A DNA stretch of 64,000 nt. Source: a virus (lineage: Duplodnaviria; Caudoviricetes). Shown here in pieces: positions 29,597 through 38,736 of the stretch (position 1 is its first letter; each line of letters begins with the position of its first letter). Both the position numbers and the translations under genes were made by a program. The stretch lies in the IMG/VR virus record IMGVR_UViG_3300022305_000561, one strand, 5' to 3'. Under the pieces are notes generated by a model that saw only the letters and a program-made list of their open reading frames with translations, did not search any database and was not told the origin of the DNA.

Positions 29597-30202
29597 ACTA
29601 TTTATACAACATTTATCCCAGACCAATATTGCGTCTATCACACCACCTATTCTGGATCGCTGATGCCAGCGAACTATATTGGCTCAACATCAGTAGACAA
29701 TGTTCTCAATAAAAACTATCGTGGGTCTGTTGTTTCAAAAATCTATAAATCAATATGGAAATCTGAAATAAAACTGCATCCAGAACTATTCTCAACTGAT
29801 ATAGTATCATATCACGACACTAGATCCGATGCGACTTGGAAAGAACTTCAGGTACAGAGAACTCTAAATGTTGTCAAGAGCGATTTGTTCGTAAATAGAT
29901 CATATGCCACGGTAAATGGATTTCAAGATACAATATTTTCGCCAGAAGAACTCGCATCAAGAGGTAAGAACATATCAGATGCGCATGCCAATAGATCTCC
30001 AGAAGAAAAAGCAGCAACGAGTAAGAATCATTCTAATTCTTGGGATAACAAAACACCAGAAGAAAAAGCAGCATCCAGTAAGAAACATTCTGAGACTAAG
30101 GCTAAAAAGAAGGCAGAGTTAAATCTTCAACAAGCGAAGATTGCTCGAGAATTAGTTGTACTTTATCTTGAGGAAACTTTACAAATCTATCCAGTTTCTT
30201 AA
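29594..30202 (+). CDS. Freestanding GIY-YIG (Seg-like) homing endonuclease
   Basis: YCVYHT...NYIGS...YRGS...E motif; C-terminal SPEEKA repeats; inserted antisense between gp32 and gp59. Confidence 0.8.
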   Translation: MTIYTTFIPDQYCVYHTTYSGSLMPANYIGSTSVDNVLNKNYRGSVVSKIYKSIWKSEIKLHPELFSTDIVSYHDTRSDATWKELQVQRTLNVVKSDLFVNRSYATVNGFQDTIFSPEELASRGKNISDAHANRSPEEKAATSKNHSNSWDNKTPEEKAASSKKHSETKAKKKAELNLQQAKIARELVVLYLEETLQIYPVS

Positions 30203-30722
30203 TTATTAAAAGATCCTTTCCCCATACTGTTTCTAAGGTTGATTCCCATTTCTCAAGGAACGGCATAAACTTATTTAGTATGAATAAAGACTCGATTGTA
30301 ATATTATTTCCAAGATATAGTTTAAACAGTTCAGGAATATCCTTACTGTTATCTATCATTTCAATACAAGATAACCCTTTCTTTTCCATAGCCAATACTA
30401 CATTATCAATATCGTTATTAAAGGTGTTAGAAATACTTTGCTTCCGCCTATTCCATAAAATAAAGTTAGATTCAGAAGAAGCAATATTATGTATTGGGTC
30501 ATTCTTATATGCGTAGTTAGATACGAGGAACTGAATTGACTCTGAATCAGTATCAAACTTTCTAGCTATAGCATTATAGATATTATAATCCCGTCTGGCT
30601 AAGAAGTTCTCATAAGTTACACCAGAGGTCTTGCCTTTATAGTCAAATAGATTATATTTCTTATCGGTAAAGTGTAATCGAACAGCCTTATCATACTGGA
30701 ACAGTTTGAACCCAGTAATCAT
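30102..30722 (-). CDS. gp59: Helicase loader gp59
   Basis: GF..F....AVRLHFT...YNLFDY.GK, F..R.D, I..ES..IL. Confidence 0.85.
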   Translation of the reverse strand: MITGFKLFQYDKAVRLHFTDKKYNLFDYKGKTSGVTYENFLARRDYNIYNAIARKFDTDSESIQFLVSNYAYKNDPIHNIASSESNFILWNRRKQSISNTFNNDIDNVVLAMEKKGLSCIEMIDNSKDIPELFKLYLGNNITIESLFILNKFMPFLEKWESTLETVWGKDLLIIKKLDRFVKFPQDKVQLILEQSSLVEDLTLPSF

Positions 30723-30934
30723 ATTACTGCACAGGTTGTGATTCTAGGCAACTTCCCTTCCTCAATCATCTCCAATTCAATCATATCCTTTAAAGATTTA
30801 CTAATATTTGATACAATATCAATTGGGTCGATAAAGTTATCAGAACAATACAATAGGATTGCATCCATTCTGGTTATTTTCTTTTCAATAGCCATTGTTT
30901 CTATAAACAAACTGAAATCTACTTCTTCACTCAT
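30719..30934 (-). CDS. gp33: Late transcription coactivator gp33
   Basis: FS..IE......I..MDAI..YC....ID......IS..LK..IE.E; adjacent to gp59 as in T4. Confidence 0.8.
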   Translation of the reverse strand: MSEEVDFSLFIETMAIEKKITRMDAILLYCSDNFIDPIDIVSNISKSLKDMIELEMIEEGKLPRITTCAVI

Positions 30935-31199
30935 TTATCTCTCCATTCAATAGTTCTAAATAATACCTCTCAGCTGACCTGAAGCCAAGCTTGAACATGT
31001 CCTCAGCGAACTCAGACATACCTTGAGTTGACATCTTAAGCTCTTCTTCAGTTACAGGTTCTGAATCAGGCTGATCAAGATGTTCTTTGATCTTATAGTA
31101 CAACTTCCTATTCTTGCTTATCATTGAAGTTACACTTGAGTCACAGTAATCAGCCAAGACATCTTTTGCCTCTATCAACAAATCTCTTTCAATACTCAT
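30927..31199 (-). CDS. Hypothetical protein, MSxERxLL/QP(E/D) family
   Basis: ORF track; N-terminus shared with neighbour. Confidence 0.6.
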   Translation of the reverse strand: MSIERDLLIEAKDVLADYCDSSVTSMISKNRKLYYKIKEHLDQPDSEPVTEEELKMSTQGMSEFAEDMFKLGFRSAERYYLELLNGEINE

Positions 31200-31425
31200 C
31201 ATCTACTCCAAACGCATTTATTACTTTCTGTTTATAATCTTCACGAGCAACTCTATACCCAAGTGCATAGCCTCTTTTATATTTTTCTATCCCTTGTTGT
31301 AGTGTTAAAGTATCTTGCTCAGGTTGAGCAAGTAGCTCTTTGATTTCGATTATGAGATTGGGGCATTTAGTGTTCACACTAAATGCTTCTGCACATCTTT
31401 CTAACAAATCTCTTTCAATACTCAT
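31189..31425 (-). CDS. Hypothetical protein, MSxERxLL/QPEQ family
   Basis: ORF track; first 20 nt identical to the neighbouring paralogue. Confidence 0.6.
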   Translation of the reverse strand: MSIERDLLERCAEAFSVNTKCPNLIIEIKELLAQPEQDTLTLQQGIEKYKRGYALGYRVAREDYKQKVINAFGVDDEY

Positions 31426-31703
31426 TTCAACAACTCCAAGTAATAACTCACCATTCTGTACTCCCGCATCAAAATCTCATATTCATCGAATTTCTCATTA
31501 TATGGTTTCCTCACAGGGCTATCATATGTTGATTTCATCAATACTGAGTTTGTATATCTGTTACCAAAATCTATAAACCAATCATCAATAACTTTCTTCT
31601 GTTGAACCAACCCTTCAAAGATTACAGATAGTTTATCTCTTTCCTTCATTGCATAAAGAATTGCATATTGTTTAATCATTTCGCGGTTCTCATTAATTAA
31701 CAT
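31422..31703 (-). CDS. Hypothetical protein
   Basis: ORF directly after TTGACT-N17-TATAAT promoter (31709-31737). Confidence 0.6.
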   Translation of the reverse strand: MLINENREMIKQYAILYAMKERDKLSVIFEGLVQQKKVIDDWFIDFGNRYTNSVLMKSTYDSPVRKPYNEKFDEYEILMREYRMVSYYLELLK

Positions 31704-31853
31704 AACTTATTATAATATACATTCCTAATTCAGTCAAGGCTTATTTTAACAGTTTCTAATTATTATAAATAGAAGTAGGCAATAAAAAAAAAATGCCAAT
31801 CGCGGTGCTACCAACACCCATTAGCTCTAATCATTCTTCAGTAAGGAACTACC

Positions 31854-32401
31854 ATGACCAGCAACAATATTTATACCCTCCAATTTTGTACTTACCTAAC
31901 ATCATATTCAGGTAATAAACTCCCACCCTTCTATATTGGCTCTTCTTCTACTGAACGCATATCCTCAGAAGAGGGATTAATTTATAGAAAAGATCTAAGC
32001 GACAAAATGACAGGTGAAGGAAATCCTCAATTCGGGAAAACAGGCGAACAAGCAACTTGCTTCGGAAGAACAGGCGAACTTCACCCTCTCTTCGGCAAAA
32101 CAGGAGAACTCTCTCCTAACTTCGGCAAAAAACGATCAGATGAAGTTAAGTTATCGATATCCATTAATCACGCAGATGTATCAGGTTCAAATAATCCTAG
32201 AGCAAAATCTTGGAAACTTACATCTCCTCAAGGAATAGAATACTATTGTAAAGGGAATATAGAAACTATAGTCGAAGAACATAATCTAGGAATATCTTCC
32301 CTGAAAAATGTCTAGGATCTATAGTTCCCCCTTTACAATATAAATCTAACCATCCAAAGACAAAAAATACTGTTGGATGGAAACTAGAAATACTAATTTA
32401 A
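31854..32401 (+). pseudogene. Decayed GIY-YIG/NUMOD3 homing endonuclease
   Basis: FCTYLT..YIGSSS jumps directly to NUMOD3-like GE.NP.FGK repeats, so the catalytic core looks deleted; a frameshift near 32310 separates the ...VGWKLEILI* tail. Confidence 0.65.
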
Positions 32402-32959
32402 TTCTTTTATCACATCGCATAATCCATACTGCAACGCTTCTGCTGGACTTAACCAGCAGTCATGCGCAGGAAGCAACACTTTCTTGATCTTATCTTCAGA
32501 CAAGTTGGTAAACTTCTTGTAATGACGTAGCAACATATCATTGGTTAAATCGAACGCCTTAGTAGTCGATACCAGCTCGTGATGCTTCCCAAAACTGGAC
32601 CATGAATATTGATGAGAAAGAATAGCAGTGTTTGGTGTTAATATTCTATTGCCTTTCATACCAGCCATAAAGATCATTAACCCAGCAGAAGCAATTTCTC
32701 CAATACCTATAGTTCTTACAGGAATTGCTGAACCTCTCATCACATCTATCAAAGCAAATCCAGAAGATAATGAACCACCGCCTGAACAAATCATCAGGTT
32801 CAATAACTCAGGTTTCTCTTCAGCAAAGTTTGAATCAATAATCCACTCTATAACACCCCTAATTGAATCATTATTGATATTATCCATCAAAAGATAAAAT
32901 GCCTGTTGCTCTTTGTTGCCTGCAATAGATTTATTGATTTGTGAAAACATATTAGCCAT
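32393..32959 (-). CDS. clpP: ClpP-family protease subunit
   Basis: ICSGGGS, IGEIASAG (Ser), ILSHQ (His), DCWLSPAEALQYGLCD (Asp). Confidence 0.9.
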   Translation of the reverse strand: MANMFSQINKSIAGNKEQQAFYLLMDNINNDSIRGVIEWIIDSNFAEEKPELLNLMICSGGGSLSSGFALIDVMRGSAIPVRTIGIGEIASAGLMIFMAGMKGNRILTPNTAILSHQYSWSSFGKHHELVSTTKAFDLTNDMLLRHYKKFTNLSEDKIKKVLLPAHDCWLSPAEALQYGLCDVIKELN

Positions 32960-32985
32960 ATTAATCCTTATATGAAAATAAACTT

Positions 32986-33062
32986 ATGTATTAAGATAAA
33001 AGCAATTGATCTACTTAACCCAACTACAGATATATTATAACGTGAAAATGAGTAAAAGTAAA
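32986..33062 (-). repeat. Early promoter plus ~50 nt leader, duplicated at 54257-54332
   Basis: atgtattaagataaa..gcaa.t.atctacttaacccaactacagatatattataac present at both loci. Confidence 0.8.
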
Positions 33063-33227
33063 GCTTTTCCGTAACTTATTGTTCAGTAACTTCTTTTAAA
33101 GAAATAAGTCGTTTTAAACGCATTTAAGAATATTAATAGGTAACTTTGTACGGGTATGGTATTTTAAGGAAGAAATGGTGTTTTAAGTTATTGATTTTAA
33201 TAGGGAATAAAGGCGAAATTTTAATCG

Positions 33228-34067
33228 CTATAGGTTTAAAACATTCATCATAAATAATTCAGAATTACCATTATTCATAATAGGAATCCCTTCATATTTG
33301 AACTCTTTGAACTTTTGTAATATTTCTCGTTCTAAGTTACGGGCATCAATTCCTTTGTCATATTTTAATTCTTGTATGATAGTAGTTTTTATGCCCTCTG
33401 GTATACCCATCCCAGATAATCTTTCTTTAGCTGAAAAATTAGTAATTCCTATCTTATATAATATCAGGTCATCAAGTTCGAACTTAATATAATAACAAGT
33501 TCCAGGTTTACTGTTGTCGAACCCGCCCTTAATGCAATATGGGCACCCCTTTCCACTAAGGTGTTGATGAGGATACCGTAGGAATGTTCCATGAGACGAG
33601 CATTCAATTTCTACTTTCTCCTTGTCTGATATAAATTTAGTATTATTATATCCATACTTAGAGTTGAAAATTCGATTAGATTTTTTAATAAAGTTTATAG
33701 ATTTTTTATTTTCTTTTTTATATTGGAGGTTAGCAATAGCTTCTTCTTTAACTAATTTTCTTTTAGCGATAGATTCTCCTTTAACCGCTATCTTTTTTGC
33801 GATAGATTCTTTTTTGCATTCTGGACAATATGACACCTTCCTTAATAGGCTATCAGGTCTTCTGAGAAACATACCATGGGTTTCATTTATTGTGCAAAAT
33901 ACTTCTATATGAATTGCTGAACCTTTATATTCGCCGTATCGGAATTTATTTCCGTGAAAACTATTTGCTTTTAGGATAAATTGTTCTGTTGTTATCGTTG
34001 AATAATTCCTTTTGTATGAAATTTTGTAGTAGAAAGTTATGGCAATCCTTACTAAAGGGAATTTCAA
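33228..34067 (-). CDS. Putative homing endonuclease (zinc-ribbon/DUF723-like repeats, C-terminal GIY-YIG-like domain)
   Basis: TTEQFI.KA..FHG.K..Y, C..HG.F...P..HL.G.GCP.C, CYYIK...YKIGIT, G.SELF; start codon uncertain. Confidence 0.75.
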   Translation of the reverse strand: MKFPLVRIAITFYYKISYKRNYSTITTEQFILKANSFHGNKFRYGEYKGSAIHIEVFCTINETHGMFLRRPDSLLRKVSYCPECKKESIAKKIAVKGESIAKRKLVKEEAIANLQYKKENKKSINFIKKSNRIFNSKYGYNNTKFISDKEKVEIECSSHGTFLRYPHQHLSGKGCPYCIKGGFDNSKPGTCYYIKFELDDLILYKIGITNFSAKERLSGMGIPEGIKTTIIQELKYDKGIDARNLEREILQKFKEFKYEGIPIMNNGNSELFMMNVLNL

Positions 34068-34140
34068 ACAGGGTAATTAATCCTATTCTAGCCATACTTC
34101 TATTTATATAAATTGGAATCTGATGTTCCAAAGTTTAGAC

Positions 34141-34168
34141 AAAAAAAAGCCTTCAGTCAAGAAGGCTT
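34141..34168 (-). terminator. Rho-independent terminator
   Basis: Minus strand AAGCCTTC-loop-GAAGGCTT-TTTTTT after the hydrolase gene. Confidence 0.75.
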
Positions 34169-34172
34169 CAAT

Positions 34173-34637
34173 TTATGCTTCTTTAAGTGCTTTGTAAAAA
34201 CAATGATTGCCTATTTTCACTGAGTGCTTAGGTCTTTTGGGATACCTATACTTAAATGAATCAAATGAATCGAGGTTTCCTATTGGGCTCTTTACTGCTC
34301 CAGATAAGATATTTGATGCTAAGGTCATATACACTTGCTTATCCTTTGATGGAATACGTTTTTGGGTGTATTGTTGTTTTACTACTTGACACGCTGGTTT
34401 GTGGAATATTTTTTTAGACCGATTGACAATCGTTGCGCCCACTGCAAGTTGTCCAGCCAAAGACTCACCTCTCGCCTCAGAATATATGGTTTCTGCGACA
34501 CATTGTATATCTTTGTGTGATATATGACTTTTAATAGTCACTGGTTTTGATGTAATATTCTTTTTGTGTGCTGTAGTCTGAGCATCCGAAGGTGCAGACA
34601 TAAAGCATAAACATAAGATCATTGTAGTTGATCGCAT
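34173..34637 (-). CDS. Cell wall hydrolase, SleB/Hydrolase_2 family
   Basis: Signal peptide; CVAETIYSEARGESLAGQLAV...VNR; KIGNHCFY. Confidence 0.85.
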   Translation of the reverse strand: MRSTTMILCLCFMSAPSDAQTTAHKKNITSKPVTIKSHISHKDIQCVAETIYSEARGESLAGQLAVGATIVNRSKKIFHKPACQVVKQQYTQKRIPSKDKQVYMTLASNILSGAVKSPIGNLDSFDSFKYRYPKRPKHSVKIGNHCFYKALKEA

Positions 34638-34798
34638 GTGTTTCTCCTATTTTTAGTTACAATATCAGAAGAATCCTAATATTGCTTTCCTATTCTTCGG
34701 TGACTCATTGCCTTGTTGAAGTTTTATAACGGAATTGTGACTTCAGTTTATCTTATACCTTTCCCCTAATTAGTTTCTGAATATACTATTTATATAAA

Positions 34799-35449
34799 TT
34801 AATAACCTTTGATTCTTCTGAACTCACTTCTCGCTTCTATTGCAAATGGCATCCAATCTTCTGTCTTTTCAACAAAGACCTGAGAACCTTCATTATCCAC
34901 TGCAATTAGTATCACAATCTGTTTTGGAAAGATTCCTGTCATCTCAGCCATCATCATCGCATACATTGTACATTGGATGAAATAGTTGCTAATCCAATCT
35001 TTCTGTTTCAATTTACCAGATGTCTTGAAGTCAATAACAGACAGAACACCTTTATAGTCTGCAATACAATCAGTAGTACCAGCAACCTCAAGTTTATGAG
35101 AATATAACATAGACTCTAAGCAATACACATTATCTATATCATCTAAGTTATGCTTGAATGTATTCCATAATTCAGCATCAAACAAATCAACATTAACTTC
35201 TTGATTGTTCAAGTAATCTTCACATAGAGTATGGATTCTAGTACCTCGTCCAGAAGCTCTAGTAGAAATCTTATTGGCTTCTTCATTACCAACTTTCTTT
35301 CGCCAAGCTTTAATGGATTCCTCAGAACCTAAAGAAGTGACCGTAGTTACTGAAGGATACTTGTTACCGTCGGGAGTTTCATATAGACGCTTACCATCTA
35401 CATTGATGCGTTTGAGGGATGGTAGTTCTAAGGGAATGTGGTTGATCAT
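34799..35449 (-). CDS. PD-(D/E)xK exonuclease typical of T4-like phages
   Basis: YPSVTTV, RGT.IH..CE, AGT.DCIA......IDFKTS, YF.Q..MYA. Confidence 0.88.
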   Translation of the reverse strand: MINHIPLELPSLKRINVDGKRLYETPDGNKYPSVTTVTSLGSEESIKAWRKKVGNEEANKISTRASGRGTRIHTLCEDYLNNQEVNVDLFDAELWNTFKHNLDDIDNVYCLESMLYSHKLEVAGTTDCIADYKGVLSVIDFKTSGKLKQKDWISNYFIQCTMYAMMMAEMTGIFPKQIVILIAVDNEGSQVFVEKTEDWMPFAIEARSEFRRIKGY

Positions 35450-35637
35450 TTAGTATCCAATTCTTTTTCAAGGAAAAATCTAAATTCCTTTGCTATTTTC
35501 TTCTTATCATTCCATTCTAAGAAGTCACAAATACAATCCCCAGTCATATAATTAACATTAGAATACCATTCATCCTTATGTTGAGGTAAGGAATTAACAA
35601 ATTCCTTCAAATCTTCTAAATCAATTAAAACTTTCAT
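35446..35637 (-). CDS. Hypothetical protein
   Basis: ORF track; coupled to neighbours. Confidence 0.55.
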   Translation of the reverse strand: MKVLIDLEDLKEFVNSLPQHKDEWYSNVNYMTGDCICDFLEWNDKKKIAKEFRFFLEKELDTK

Positions 35638-35894
35638 AATGAATACTTATCGTCCGATAATCTAGGATAGGGTTTTTCGTGCTTCATCGCTTCTGCAAAA
35701 TCTAAAGCAAATACTTTAGCCGATGACAATTTAATGAACACATATCTGTTGTAATCAGGCACCCTACGAGCAAGCTCAGGTTGGCCATCGCAGACTGACC
35801 ACTCATTGTGCTTGGTTCTGAAGATAGCTACCACGTCAACAGGGAAATCCCATTTGTCAAGCTTGATGTCTATTTGGTACCAGTCTGTATTCAC
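35634..35894 (-). CDS. Hypothetical protein
   Basis: ORF track; downstream of early promoter 35982-36010. Confidence 0.55.
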   Translation of the reverse strand: MNTDWYQIDIKLDKWDFPVDVVAIFRTKHNEWSVCDGQPELARRVPDYNRYVFIKLSSAKVFALDFAEAMKHEKPYPRLSDDKYSL

Positions 35895-36013
35895 TTTACG
35901 GATTTTTGAATTTTGCTGGTATAGATTTCTTTACTTCTTTGAATGTTTTCATTTAGTTCTCATTTATTTAAATTATGAGTTATTATATACTGGATAGAAT
36001 CAAAAGTAAAGCT

Positions 36014-36409
36014 TTATTTTAAAATAAAACTTCGGAAAGATTCAACATGTAGCACTGGATTTGGGGTCTTAAAGTTCTTCTTGCGCATGATGGTTTTAGC
36101 AACAAGATCAATCTTGTTAGTCTTGCGATCAAAGTGTATGTTCACTGGGATATTGATGTCAGTGCTGAGGGATTTGATGACCTCCTCAATTTCCTCAGGA
36201 GTCTTTGATATTGTGATACCGAACTTATCATATAGACTATGATATACCTTACTGAGTTCTGCAACGGTGATCTGTTCGATGTTACGAGGATCGTTGAGGC
36301 GATCAAGGAAATGTCCACTAAACTCAACATCAACATTAAGTTTAGCGAATAATTTATCCAACGACGTTTCAATGATTTTCAGTTGTGCTCTTGATATGGT
36401 GCTTGGCAT
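36014..36409 (-). CDS. Conserved late-expressed phage protein (HFLDRLNDPRN motif)
   Basis: TATAAATA at 36436-36443 and SD GGAG upstream. Confidence 0.65.
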   Translation of the reverse strand: MPSTISRAQLKIIETSLDKLFAKLNVDVEFSGHFLDRLNDPRNIEQITVAELSKVYHSLYDKFGITISKTPEEIEEVIKSLSTDINIPVNIHFDRKTNKIDLVAKTIMRKKNFKTPNPVLHVESFRSFILK

Positions 36410-36452
36410 AATATACTCCTATTTGGTTATTGGAGTATTTATAATCCACTGA

Positions 36453-36794
36453 TTATTCTTCCATCAGTTTATGAAGTTCTCTATCATATTCTTCTTCAAG
36501 GTCAAAAGCTTTGATTACATTAACCATTGCTTCTCTGTGTAATAATACCTTATCAATCGCTTTGAACATTTCAAATATGTCAAATTCTTTAACTTCATTT
36601 TTGTCTAGTAGACCACATTCTTCTAGTGAGTTCATATATTCCTTAACCATTTGCGCTTGGTGCGCTAACCATTTATGAGAAAATATTAAATCGTCAATAG
36701 CGGCTTCGGGTTGAGTGGCACAACCTATTCCTAATTCAGTTCTGTACGATAAAAGCTTTTTGTATATTGTATCTAACTTTATGTTTGCATTCAT
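36453..36794 (-). CDS. Hypothetical protein
   Basis: ORF with SD GGAGG; early promoter 36853-36882. Confidence 0.55.
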   Translation of the reverse strand: MNANIKLDTIYKKLLSYRTELGIGCATQPEAAIDDLIFSHKWLAHQAQMVKEYMNSLEECGLLDKNEVKEFDIFEMFKAIDKVLLHREAMVNVIKAFDLEEEYDRELHKLMEE

Positions 36795-36872
36795 TATACC
36801 TCCTAACACTAATACTCCTTAAGGGGATAAGAATCAATATATTAGTATTATTATTATATTACTTATTGGTGC

Positions 36873-36905
36873 AAAAAGTAAACCCACCTTTTTATCGGTG
36901 GGTTT
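36873..36905 (-). terminator. Terminator hairpin after phoH whose T-tract overlaps the -35 box of the next early promoter
   Basis: AAACCCACC-loop-GGTGGGTTT-ACTTTTT. Confidence 0.7.
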
Positions 36906-36910
36906 GTAAA

Positions 36911-37687
36911 CTAAAAACCTAATTTTTCCTTGGCAATGATGTATGACTTGACAAGGCTCGATCTAACAATATCAGCAGAAGTAAAATGGATTCTACAGAA
37001 TTCATCCATAGATTCAGATATCTTTAGAAACTGAGGCAACCCAGTAACCTCTGAAGATTTCTTTACCAAATCATTCTGACTTAAATCACCAACAAAAATA
37101 ATCTTTGATTGATGACCAATTCTTGTTAGTATAGTATCTAACTCTTGGAATGTACAGTTTTGCATTTCGTCTAAAATTACAACTGAGTTATCAAAACTCA
37201 TACCACGGATAGCGGTTGTTGTGGTGAATTCAACATATCCTTGCTCTTTCAAACGCTGATATGCATCAGGTCGTCCAAATAAGGTGGAACAAATTTGAAT
37301 ATATGGGTCTTCATAGATAGATGTCTTTTCATCTAAACTACCTTTGAGGAATCCAACATCTCTTGTTTGAACTGCCGATCGAACAATCAGCACTCTATTG
37401 AACGAATTACTTTTATCCATTACCTCTTCAAGACTCTTGTACAAAGCAATGAAAGACTTGCCTGTACCTGCAGAACCTGATAGCATCATAAAGTACTCTC
37501 CAACTGCATATGAGTTGTAGAATGTCGCTTGATTTTCTGTCAGAGGCTTGAATGTTTTGAGGTCTTCGATACGCATTTTCAATCTATTCGATTGTACATT
37601 TTGAGAACCCTTATCGTTTGCTGCTTGATATTTTGATAAGTCATCAAAGTGTGTATCTACGATCCTAGTTGCTGGTTTGCGAGCCAT
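36911..37687 (-). CDS. phoH: PhoH-family ATPase
   Basis: GSAGTGKS, GFL.G...EK, RGMSFDN..VILDEMQN, GD..Q.D, DIVRS. Confidence 0.93.
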   Translation of the reverse strand: MARKPATRIVDTHFDDLSKYQAANDKGSQNVQSNRLKMRIEDLKTFKPLTENQATFYNSYAVGEYFMMLSGSAGTGKSFIALYKSLEEVMDKSNSFNRVLIVRSAVQTRDVGFLKGSLDEKTSIYEDPYIQICSTLFGRPDAYQRLKEQGYVEFTTTTAIRGMSFDNSVVILDEMQNCTFQELDTILTRIGHQSKIIFVGDLSQNDLVKKSSEVTGLPQFLKISESMDEFCRIHFTSADIVRSSLVKSYIIAKEKLGF

Positions 37688-37706
37688 CTTTTATATCCAT
37701 TGTTAG

Positions 37707-37958
37707 TTAAATGTCTGTAGTTCTATCTAAACAAGACCCTGGCGTTCGTTTGTGGATATTAGATAAAACCTCTTTAAAATCACTATTCTTACCTTTCAAT
37801 AATCCTTGACCTATGTTAATAGACCTTACTACCATAGGAGAATCAATGTAAATTTCCAAATCTGGATTAGATTCTTTATAGGTATCTAACTCAGACATCT
37901 TCATCACTCTTATCGTGATGTCACCTGTTTCTTTGTGTTTAAAACTATACGTTGGCAT
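37707..37958 (-). CDS. FmdB-like small protein lacking the Zn cysteines
   Basis: MPTYSFK..ETG...M..SELD.Y...NP, FKEVL..I; usual position before phoH. Confidence 0.65.
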   Translation of the reverse strand: MPTYSFKHKETGDITIRVMKMSELDTYKESNPDLEIYIDSPMVVRSINIGQGLLKGKNSDFKEVLSNIHKRTPGSCLDRTTDI

Positions 37959-38136
37959 TATTCCTCACATAAGCGTTTACTTTAGGGTTTAACATCATAC
38001 CCTCTGTTGGATCATAATATACGATTTCTCCATTCTTTCTAAATGGTCCTAATAAACCTTCCTTTTGCATATAGCCATCAATGCTAACTGAATTGGGAAG
38101 AGCCTCGGATTTTATAGGTTCAAATCGGTAGATCAT
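37945..38136 (-). CDS. Hypothetical protein
   Basis: GLLGPF....G..VYYDP.EG motif. Confidence 0.6.
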   Translation of the reverse strand: MIYRFEPIKSEALPNSVSIDGYMQKEGLLGPFRKNGEIVYYDPTEGMMLNPKVNAYVRNNANV

Positions 38137-38272
38137 TAATTTCCTCTGGTTTAGGTTCTAAGATTGGTTCTGGTTCTTTCTTACCAAATATCAAATCCCA
38201 GTTATCAGCAAACTTTTGTTGGTCACTTATTGGTCTTGGTTTAGAACCTTTCCCTCCGTGGGTTGCTGCCAT
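38120..38272 (-). CDS. Small conserved phage protein (50 aa)
   Basis: Manual translation MAATHGGKGSKPRPISDQQKFADNWDLIFGKK... Confidence 0.6.
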   Translation of the reverse strand: MAATHGGKGSKPRPISDQQKFADNWDLIFGKKEPEPILEPKPEEINDLPI

Positions 38273-38422
38273 TCACATCTCCTTAATTTGATTACGATTT
38301 TTACGATACATAAACAGTTTCACAAGATACTCAAACTGTTGGGGTTCGTGTTTCCAAGATGGTAGAGAACCATATACCTCTACCATCTCATTATATATTA
38401 GAATAACTTCTTCGTTGGTCAT
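38273..38422 (-). CDS. Small conserved phage protein (49 aa)
   Basis: Manual translation MTNEEVILIYNEMVEVYGSLPSWKHEPQQFEYLVKLFMY... Confidence 0.6.
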   Translation of the reverse strand: MTNEEVILIYNEMVEVYGSLPSWKHEPQQFEYLVKLFMYRKNRNQIKEM

Positions 38423-38676
38423 CTTTGAGCGTTAAATGTATTGAGATTGCCTTCATCATCAAAATACTTTGCTGTTGGTACGTGTCTAGCATACTCAAGA
38501 ATAGAACCCATATACTGATCTTCATCAGACCAATTCAACTTACCAGCTTCAATAGGATGGTGGATATGGCTGATTGGAGTAGCAACAGAAGTAGTTCTGT
38601 ATACGACCACAGCATCTAGTTCTAGTCCAACTGGGATTCTATTGCCTTCGTGTTCTACAAATTTATAGTTTTGCAT
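38419..38676 (-). CDS. Hypothetical protein
   Basis: ORF track; coupled by ATGA overlap. Confidence 0.55.
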   Translation of the reverse strand: MQNYKFVEHEGNRIPVGLELDAVVVYRTTSVATPISHIHHPIEAGKLNWSDEDQYMGSILEYARHVPTAKYFDDEGNLNTFNAQR

Positions 38677-38736
38677 ATTTTCTCTCTTGGTTGATTAAAA
38701 TCTTCAAAATATTTTTGGTATTCAGCCATCTGTTCT

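Noticed and set aside
34799-35449. Cas4/CRISPR association of the exonuclease
   Set aside because: No array or cas genes, no Fe-S cysteine set; a standard T4-like exonuclease
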